This document shows positions 57,282 to 64,000 of a stretch of 64,000 bases of DNA, piece by piece; position 1 is the stretch's first letter; every line of letters begins with the position of its first letter. Source of the stretch: a virus (Duplodnaviria > Heunggongvirae > Uroviricota > Caudoviricetes); the IMG/VR virus record IMGVR_UViG_3300026549_002494, positions 72,468-136,467 of that record. One strand, 5' to 3'. The notes below the pieces were generated by a model that saw only the letters and a list, made by a program, of their open reading frames with translations, was not told the DNA's origin and did not search any database. A program made the translations under genes and the position numbers.

Positions 57282-59222
57282 ATGAACGATGTGATAAAAA
57301 TCATGAAAGACATTATTGGAAAATTAAACAAAGCATCTGAAGCATATTACAAATATGACAAACCTATAATGTCTGATAAAGAATATGACGATCTGTATGA
57401 TACTCTTACATCAATAGAAAAGACATCTGGTATTATTATGTCAAATTCACCGACAAGAAAAGTACAGGGATATATTCTTGAGGGACTGAAAAAAGTTGGA
57501 CACAGCAAACCAATGCTTAGCGCCAATAAAACAAAAGATATTGAAGATATTCGTAAGTTTATTGGTAATAATAATTTTTACGCCTCTATGAAGCTTGATG
57601 GATTGACCACAATACTTCGCTACGAGAATGGAGAATTTAAACAGGGTATAACACGCGGTAACGGCATAATAGGAGAAGATGTAACAGAAGCTTGTAAATT
57701 TATTTCAAATATTCCGATGAAAATCCCTTATAAGGAGAGTCTTGAAATCCGAGGAGAGACGGTTATATCTTGGGATGAATTTAAAAGAGTTAACGAGATT
57801 GTCCCTGAACCATATTCACATCCAAGAAACCTTGCCGCCGGAACTTTGAGAAATTTAGACTTGAACACAATTAAAGACCGTAATCTTTCATTTATTGTAT
57901 TTGAATGTGTATCTGGCGTCGATTGGGACGATAAATATATCGTTCTTGACGTTTTAAATAATATGGGCTTTAAAACCGTAAAACGATGTAATGGTAACAT
58001 AGAAGAATGTGTTGAACAATTAAAACCGGAAGAATATGCGTATCCAGTAGATGGTATTATATTTGAACTTAAAAGCCGAAAGCTTTCTAAATCACTTGGG
58101 GCGACGGGACATCACGAAAATTGTCGTATGGCTCTCAAGTGGGCTGATGAATTATATGAAACTACTCTTCGAAATGTTGTTTGGCAAACATCAAAATCAG
58201 GGTTAATTAATCCTGTTGCAATTTTTGACCCTGTTGATTTAGATGGAGCTATTACGACCAAAGCGACATTACATAATGTTTCATATATTGAGGATTTAGA
58301 ACTCGGTATTGGGGATAGAATTCAAGTTTATCGTGCAAATATGGTTATACCAAAAGTACATAATAACTTGACCAGAAGTAATACTCTGATGTTACCCACA
58401 AAGTGTCCTTGCTGTGGCGGTGAAGTAAAAATTCAAGATAGTGGTAACAGCAAATCTCTTATTTGTACTAATCCGACTTGCTCTGCAAAAATTCTTAATC
58501 GCTTAAAACATTTTGCCTCTCGTGACGCTATTAATATAGAAGGAATGTCCGAGGCAACTCTTCAAAAATTTATCGAACTTGGTTTGATTTCTTCGTTTAA
58601 AGATATTTATTATCTCAAAAATTATTACAATAAGCTTGTTACCATAGAGGGTTTTGGTAAGAAATCAATCGACAAACTTTTAAATTCTATTGAAAAATCC
58701 AGAGAAATATCTTTAAGTCGTTTTATCTATAGCTTATCCATACCACTTATCGGCAAAGTGGCAAGTAAGCAGGTCGAAGATTATTTTAATGGTAATACCG
58801 ACATGCCGGATATAATATCAGAGCTAAGCGCCCCAAATACACTCAATGGTATTCAGGGCTTTGGTACTGAAATGCGAAAATCAATCAGCGACTTTTTCAA
58901 TATAAATAGTCTGGAAATTTTTAAACTCAGCGAAGAATTTGTATTCAAAGCAGCTAATAAATCTATCAATTTAATTTCCTCAATCATAGGTAAAATATTT
59001 GTTATCACAGGTAGCGTAGAACATTTTAAAAATAGAAACGAATTAAAAGAAAAAATAGAGTCAATGGGTGGTAAAGTATCAAGTTCGGTAAGCAAAAATA
59101 CTGATTATCTTATCAATAACGACACTACATCGAATAGTTCTAAAAATAAGAAAGCCAAAGAGTTTGGTATAAAAATCATATCCGAAGAAGAATTTTTAGA
59201 ATTAATTAAAGAGGCAAAATAA
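57282..59222 (+). CDS. ligA: NAD-dependent DNA ligase LigA
   Basis: Adenylation motif ASMKLDGLT (KxDG). OB, Zn finger CPCCGGEV...CTNPTC, HhH and BRCT-like C-terminus. Confidence 0.85.
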   Translation: MNDVIKIMKDIIGKLNKASEAYYKYDKPIMSDKEYDDLYDTLTSIEKTSGIIMSNSPTRKVQGYILEGLKKVGHSKPMLSANKTKDIEDIRKFIGNNNFYASMKLDGLTTILRYENGEFKQGITRGNGIIGEDVTEACKFISNIPMKIPYKESLEIRGETVISWDEFKRVNEIVPEPYSHPRNLAAGTLRNLDLNTIKDRNLSFIVFECVSGVDWDDKYIVLDVLNNMGFKTVKRCNGNIEECVEQLKPEEYAYPVDGIIFELKSRKLSKSLGATGHHENCRMALKWADELYETTLRNVVWQTSKSGLINPVAIFDPVDLDGAITTKATLHNVSYIEDLELGIGDRIQVYRANMVIPKVHNNLTRSNTLMLPTKCPCCGGEVKIQDSGNSKSLICTNPTCSAKILNRLKHFASRDAINIEGMSEATLQKFIELGLISSFKDIYYLKNYYNKLVTIEGFGKKSIDKLLNSIEKSREISLSRFIYSLSIPLIGKVASKQVEDYFNGNTDMPDIISELSAPNTLNGIQGFGTEMRKSISDFFNINSLEIFKLSEEFVFKAANKSINLISSIIGKIFVITGSVEHFKNRNELKEKIESMGGKVSSSVSKNTDYLINNDTTSNSSKNKKAKEFGIKIISEEEFLELIKEAK

Positions 59223-59224
59223 AC

Positions 59225-59449
59225 ATGACAGACGTATCCAGATATTTACAAAGTAACGAAACTTTGTGGGAAATATATACCTATAATCAAATCCCTGATT
59301 TTATTGTGATAACCATAGGATATTATCGTGAAGAATACATTCTTTATCAGCTTACGAATGGCAAGCGAAAAGAAGTAAAACGCAGTGATAATCCTATGGA
59401 CTTTCATAAAATCATCGAAAAGAGAAGGAGCAAAATGTATGATTTATAA
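59225..59449 (+). CDS. hypothetical protein
   Basis: 74-aa ORF. Confidence 0.3.
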   Translation: MTDVSRYLQSNETLWEIYTYNQIPDFIVITIGYYREEYILYQLTNGKRKEVKRSDNPMDFHKIIEKRRSKMYDL

Positions 59450-59639
59450 AAATTCTAATGAAAAAGCTATAACAGCAATGGAATATGTAAGGACGGGACA
59501 TTATGGTGAAGATGATGGTTCTTCGCTATGTTGTTGCCCGGTTTGCGGAGAGATAAATTTCTCTTGCTTGTATAAAAATAACCTAACCGAAAAGATTGTC
59601 GGTTGTAACTACTGTGTAAGCAGAGAATACATTAATTAA
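59442..59639 (+). CDS. small zinc-ribbon protein
   Basis: ATG after AAGGAG. CCCPVCG...CNYC. Confidence 0.3.
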   Translation: MYKNSNEKAITAMEYVRTGHYGEDDGSSLCCCPVCGEINFSCLYKNNLTEKIVGCNYCVSREYIN

Positions 59640-59667
59640 ATTAACAAGAAAGGATGACAATAAAAAC

Positions 59668-59871
59668 TTGACAGAAAAAGAACGTAGATATCAAATGGGG
59701 TGGTTGGATGTGAAGCGTCAGGCACAGATGTATGAGTTGTATTGTGGCGATGTAACAACAAGAATAGGCACTCCCGAAGAAATTGAAAGATATAAGCTCT
59801 TAGGGAAGAGAGAAGCTAAAAACCAGAAAATAAGAAAAAAATCAAACAAGAAAGGAGAAGAAATGATATGA
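59668..59871 (+). CDS. hypothetical protein
   Basis: 67-aa ORF. Confidence 0.3.
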   Translation: MTEKERRYQMGWLDVKRQAQMYELYCGDVTTRIGTPEEIERYKLLGKREAKNQKIRKKSNKKGEEMI

Positions 59872-60101
59872 AAGAAACTATTATTCAGTTTAATACGGTC
59901 GAAGATATTAAAAACTTTGTTAATATGACAAACAAGTACAATCACGATATTTTACTTTTTAGCGGGAGATACATTGTAGACGGTAAATCCATTATGGGGA
60001 TATACAGTTTAGATTGGTCTAAGCCTATTAAAGTGGAAATCAGCGAACCTTTTGACAAGGCTTTTATAGATGATTTGGCGCCGTATATCTATATTAAATA
60101 A
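59868..60101 (+). CDS. hypothetical protein
   Basis: 77-aa ORF overlapping the previous stop. Confidence 0.3.
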   Translation: MKETIIQFNTVEDIKNFVNMTNKYNHDILLFSGRYIVDGKSIMGIYSLDWSKPIKVEISEPFDKAFIDDLAPYIYIK

Positions 60102-60119
60102 GAAAGAAGATGAAAATTT

Positions 60120-60848
60120 TTGAAAGTAAAGTTGTTTACATATACAAATAATCCTGAATTAACCGTAGCAATAGCGCATAAGGCTTGCTATACACCTTTG
60201 AGTTTGTCAGAGATTTTAAAGCAGGGTATGTCTAAAGATGAAATCATAAGACATATTACAGATGCTGTAAAATCGGGTCATACATCGGTGTTAGAACATG
60301 CAAATTTTACTTTTGCTATTGAAGATGTATCACGAAGTCTGACTCATCAATTGGTACGTCATAGAATAGGTAGCTACTCGCAAAGTTCACAAAGATACAT
60401 AGATATGACGGATTTTAACGCTATTAAACCGTCTGAAATTCAGAATAACAAGTATTGTGAAATGATATTTGACGACACGATGGAGCTAATTGCGACCCAG
60501 TATAAAAAACTGTGTGATATTCTGTACAACCAATACATTTCAGAAGGTATGTCCAAGAGAGAAGCAAAGACTAAATCACAGGAAAATGCCCGAAGTGTAT
60601 TACCCAATGCGTGTCCTACACAAATAGTAACGACAATGAATGCAAGAAGTCTTTTAAATTTCTTTGCTCATCGTTGTTGTAATAGAGCGCAGGACGAGAT
60701 AAGAGCTTTGGCTGATGAAATGCTAAGACAGTGCAAAGTGGTAGCGCCTAATATATTTGCTTATGCGGGAGCGCCTTGTGAATATGGTAAATGTCCCGAA
60801 GGAAAGATGGGTTGCGGTAGCCCCAGAGGAAAGGAGTCAAGTAAATGA
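60120..60848 (+). CDS. thyX: flavin-dependent thymidylate synthase ThyX
   Basis: ThyX motif RHRIGSYSQSSQRY (RHRx7-8SxR). TTG start. Confidence 0.8.
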   Translation: MKVKLFTYTNNPELTVAIAHKACYTPLSLSEILKQGMSKDEIIRHITDAVKSGHTSVLEHANFTFAIEDVSRSLTHQLVRHRIGSYSQSSQRYIDMTDFNAIKPSEIQNNKYCEMIFDDTMELIATQYKKLCDILYNQYISEGMSKREAKTKSQENARSVLPNACPTQIVTTMNARSLLNFFAHRCCNRAQDEIRALADEMLRQCKVVAPNIFAYAGAPCEYGKCPEGKMGCGSPRGKESSK

Positions 60849-61399
60849 AAGACAAGCTTTTTTGTTTTGTTGGAAAGTCAGGAGCAGGGAAGGATACGAT
60901 TGTAAATAAGTTATGTGATGACTATGGCTATAAAAAAATCATTTCATATACAACACGCATTCCTCGTAACAGTGCAGAAGATTTAAAAAGCCATATATTT
61001 GCTGATGTTATAGATTATACATTTGCAAAGCGCTGTGGTGATATTGTAGCCGAGACGGTCTTTGACGGCAATCGTTATTGGACAACTAAGAGTCAGCTTG
61101 ACGTTTCTGATATTTATATATTGGATTTACCCGGGCTAGAAACTTTGCACGAAAGATATTCGGATAAAGATATTGTAGCAATCTATATTACTGCTTCTGA
61201 TACAGTGTTAAAGGAGCGTATGAAAAAACGTGGTGATACCGATGAAGCCATAGAGAAACGTATTAAAAATGATGAGATAATGTTTAAGGGAGCAAAAGAA
61301 TATCCTTGGAATTTAGTCGTTCATAATAACGGCGATGATAGTTTAGATTATATCTGTCAGAAAATACACAAATTTATGAAGACATTACAGGAGGAATGA
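60845..61399 (+). CDS. guanylate-kinase-like (d)NMP kinase
   Basis: P-loop GKSGAGKDT. SYTTRIPR matches the Gmk TTR motif. Confidence 0.6.
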   Translation: MKDKLFCFVGKSGAGKDTIVNKLCDDYGYKKIISYTTRIPRNSAEDLKSHIFADVIDYTFAKRCGDIVAETVFDGNRYWTTKSQLDVSDIYILDLPGLETLHERYSDKDIVAIYITASDTVLKERMKKRGDTDEAIEKRIKNDEIMFKGAKEYPWNLVVHNNGDDSLDYICQKIHKFMKTLQEE

Positions 61400-61845
61400 G
61401 ATTGGAAAAATTAAAAATATATCTTGCCGGCAAGATGAGCGGATTGAGCTTTGAAGAATCCGATGAGTGGCGCAGGGATTTTAAAAGGGTTTTTAAGAAA
61501 AAGATGAATTATGACACAAAGCATTATACAATAATAAATCCTAACGATTATTACAATTTTAAAAACCCCTCACACCAGAATGAACGTGAGGTTATACAGT
61601 ACGATTTAAACCATGTTCGTAGTAGTGATATTATTGTGGTTAATCTCAAAGATATAAATACCAGTATTGGAACGGCTATAGAATTGTATGTTGCGGCACA
61701 GAATAACATACCTGTTTTGGCTTGGGGAAGCGATGAAGAATGGGGAATTACGCATCCTTGGCTGAAAGAGTGCATCTCAAGAGTTGAGTCGGACGTATGT
61801 AGTTTATGCAATTATATTTTTGAATATTATTCTGTTGATTGTTAG
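61396..61845 (+). CDS. nucleoside 2-deoxyribosyltransferase-like (PF05014-type) protein
   Basis: N-terminal KIYLAGKMSG resembles the YLAGP motif of Ndt/Rcl-family enzymes. Gene context within the nucleotide-metabolism module. Confidence 0.4.
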   Translation: MRLEKLKIYLAGKMSGLSFEESDEWRRDFKRVFKKKMNYDTKHYTIINPNDYYNFKNPSHQNEREVIQYDLNHVRSSDIIVVNLKDINTSIGTAIELYVAAQNNIPVLAWGSDEEWGITHPWLKECISRVESDVCSLCNYIFEYYSVDC

Positions 61846-61858
61846 GGGGGGATTTTTA

Positions 61859-62062
61859 TTGACAAAGATTATTTTATATACAACACACTGCCCTAAATGC
61901 AATGTGTTAACTAAAAAAATGAGGTCTAAAAATATTAAGTTTTCTGAAATTTCGGATGTTAGCAAAATGACAAAGTTGGGAATAACAACTGTGCCAGTTT
62001 TAAATGTTGACGGCAAACTTTTGGACTTCAAAGAAGCAAATGATTACATAAACAGTTTATAA
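61859..62062 (+). CDS. nrdH: NrdH-like glutaredoxin/thioredoxin-fold redoxin
   Basis: CPKC CxxC motif, TVPVL. TTG start 7 nt after AGGGGGGG. Immediately upstream of nrdD. Confidence 0.5.
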   Translation: MTKIILYTTHCPKCNVLTKKMRSKNIKFSEISDVSKMTKLGITTVPVLNVDGKLLDFKEANDYINSL

Positions 62063-62074
62063 GGAGAACACTGA

Positions 62075-64000
62075 ATGAACATTAATATAAAACTTGACAA
62101 AAACTTCACAGCCCAGATAAATAAACTATTGGCTGAATACGGAACAGATATGGCGCGTCTCAATGGTTTTTCGGACGAACAACTTAGTTACACTGATTTT
62201 ATAGACAATTTTGTAGATAAGCAGACTGTTGCAGATGCTTCTATCGACGGAAATGCGAATGTGGGGACAAAGGACATATGTTCTTTAACTGCCGAAATGA
62301 GTAAACCCCATTCGAAGTTGTTGGCTTTTAATAAGATATATTACGAAATGAACAAAAGATATGGTTTCAAAACAGCTAACGAATGGCTGAGGAACGAATA
62401 CGACGGACATTTTTACATGCACGATGCTGCAAGTACAACATATGTCCCGTATTGTTTTGCTTATGATATTGAAAGACTTGTAAATGAAGGACTATATTTT
62501 ATTGAAAACTTTAACGCTCAGCCGCCCAAACATCTTGAAACCTACACTGATTTTGTAGGCGAATTTGTTAGTTGGACATCAAACAGATCAAGTGGGGCGT
62601 GTGGACTGCCTTCGTTTCTCGTATATTCTTATTACTTCTGGAAAAAAGATTGTGATGAGGGATATTATATAAAAAACCCAGAATACTACAGAGACCAAGA
62701 ATTTCAAAGAATTATATATAAATTGAATCAGCCGTATTTAAGAGTAAATCAGTCAGCATTTACGAATTTTTCTATTTTCGACAAAGAATATTTGGTTGCG
62801 CTATTTGGCGGAAAAGAATATCCGGATGGAACATATGTAATTGACTACATAGATGAAATCATAGAATACCAGAAGGCATTCATGGAAATCGTAAGCAAAG
62901 TTCGCTCGGATAACATGATGACATTTCCTGTTTTAACTTACGCCCTTTTGAGACAAAACGGAAAGTTTGCAGATGAAGATTTTGCAAAATGGTGCTGTAA
63001 TCATAATATGAAATGGGCGGATAGTAACTTCTTTATAAGCGAAGATGTAACAAGTTTGAGCAATTGCTGTCGTCTCGTATCTGATGTTGACAAGTTGGGT
63101 TATTTTAATTCGATTGGTGGATCAGCACTTGAAGTAGGAAGCGTAAAGGTAAATACAATTAACCTTGCAAGAATCGCTTACGAAACCAAGACAAAAGAAG
63201 AATATATTAATACGCTTAAAGAAAAAGTTTTTCTTGACCTTAAAGCACTTGATGTAGTAAGAAGTATAATTCAGAGAAACATTGAAAAAGGATTATTACC
63301 TAACTATACTCAAAAAATCATGAACATGTCATCGCAGTATAATTCAATAGGAATAATTGGCATATATGAAACCTTACAAAAGTTTAATCTGACTTATAAA
63401 GATAAATTCGGATATACCTTTTACAATGACGAGGGAATCGAATTCGCAAAGGAGATCCTGAAAACAATAAATGAAGTTAAAAATGAGTTTACTTCTGATA
63501 AGAACTATCAAGCCAATATTGAACAGATTCCCGGTGAACGTGCTGCATCAATTCTTATGCAGAAAGATAAATTTTTCTTCCCCAATCAGGCATATGAACT
63601 TCCCTTGTACGGTAATCAATGGATTCCTCTCGGAGTAAAAACAACAATCAATGAAAAGGTCAAACTAAGCGCAATTCTTGACAAGGCGTGTAACGGTGGC
63701 TCAATAGCACATATAAATATTGATGCTCCATTTAACAATTTTGATACGGCGTGGGACTTATTGAATAAAATTGCGGATGCAGGTGTTGTATACTTTGCTT
63801 TTTGTACGAGAATAAGTGCTTGCGCAAATAATCATGGGTTCTACGGGGAGACTTGCCCCAAATGCGGCGGTAAAAAGGTGACAACATATCAGAGGATTGT
63901 CGGATTTTTAACCCCTGAAAAGACCTATTCAAAAGAACGAAAAGCTGAATTTGCTATGAGAGACTGGATGGACTTGATGGGTAAGTGTGATTTAGAATGA
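62075..64000 (+). CDS. nrdD: anaerobic ribonucleoside-triphosphate reductase NrdD (class III)
   Basis: C-terminal Cys cluster C..C...CPKCGG followed by glycyl-radical-like RIVGFL. 641 aa. Stop codon at 63998-64000. Confidence 0.7.
   Translation: MNINIKLDKNFTAQINKLLAEYGTDMARLNGFSDEQLSYTDFIDNFVDKQTVADASIDGNANVGTKDICSLTAEMSKPHSKLLAFNKIYYEMNKRYGFKTANEWLRNEYDGHFYMHDAASTTYVPYCFAYDIERLVNEGLYFIENFNAQPPKHLETYTDFVGEFVSWTSNRSSGACGLPSFLVYSYYFWKKDCDEGYYIKNPEYYRDQEFQRIIYKLNQPYLRVNQSAFTNFSIFDKEYLVALFGGKEYPDGTYVIDYIDEIIEYQKAFMEIVSKVRSDNMMTFPVLTYALLRQNGKFADEDFAKWCCNHNMKWADSNFFISEDVTSLSNCCRLVSDVDKLGYFNSIGGSALEVGSVKVNTINLARIAYETKTKEEYINTLKEKVFLDLKALDVVRSIIQRNIEKGLLPNYTQKIMNMSSQYNSIGIIGIYETLQKFNLTYKDKFGYTFYNDEGIEFAKEILKTINEVKNEFTSDKNYQANIEQIPGERAASILMQKDKFFFPNQAYELPLYGNQWIPLGVKTTINEKVKLSAILDKACNGGSIAHINIDAPFNNFDTAWDLLNKIADAGVVYFAFCTRISACANNHGFYGETCPKCGGKKVTTYQRIVGFLTPEKTYSKERKAEFAMRDWMDLMGKCDLE

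Noticed and set aside
1-64000. CRISPR array
   Set aside because: No series of regularly spaced direct repeats of 25-40 nt was seen. The only tandem repeat is the 13-nt doublet at 30176.

Overview
This window is an AT-rich (about 32-34% GC) stretch of a large temperate phage or prophage of Firmicutes/Clostridia type. No virion structural genes are visible in it. Most genes are on the + strand, and many appear to start with TTG or GTG. Modules from left to right: (1) small early-type hypothetical genes, an ImmA-like peptidase, a RadC-like JAB protein and a tyrosine integrase (6052-7062). (2) A short transcription unit at 7111-7232 with a perfect sigma-70 promoter and an intrinsic terminator, followed by a GC-rich moron encoding a very acidic protein (7508-7921). 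(3) A 1.3-kb AT-rich non-coding region (9810-11150) carrying consensus promoters and palindromes. (4) A lysogeny switch: an ImmA/ImmR pair on the - strand, then a CI-like HTH repressor (13832-14185) facing a rightward promoter with three TGCAAGAAAC operator repeats. A standalone IS605-family TnpB with a 3' omega-RNA-like region (about 12385-13745) sits between the two repressor modules. (5) A phage sigma factor, then a DUF262 (DGQQR) protein. (6) An 18-kb battery of at least 8 DNA methyltransferase genes (4 Dam-like or other amino-MTases, 2 C5-MTases, one degenerate fragment, one gamma-class). They share leaders and a recurrent AGAGAATA(W)ATA upstream motif found at 10 loci. (7) An RNA/tRNA repair cassette (22877-28665): a Pnkp-like kinase-phosphatase-ligase fusion, a GC-rich non-coding insert, a Pol-beta nucleotidyltransferase and a CCA-adding enzyme. 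(8) An SPFH/prohibitin protein and a ClpP-like protease, then an IS110-family insertion. (9) A DNA replication module: SSB-like protein, AAA_24 ATPase, DnaB-like helicase, DnaG-like primase, PD-(D/E)XK nuclease, DnaE-like Pol III alpha, RecD-like helicase, HD hydrolase and NAD-dependent ligase. (10) A nucleotide metabolism module: ThyX, guanylate-kinase-like dNMP kinase, nucleoside 2-deoxyribosyltransferase-like protein, NrdH-like redoxin and anaerobic RNR NrdD. The most unusual content is the RNA repair cassette with its embedded GC-rich candidate ncRNA, the MTase battery with shared leaders, and the two RNA-guided/RNA-associated IS elements (TnpB, IS110). All calls come from reading motifs in the supplied translations and sequence; no database search was possible.
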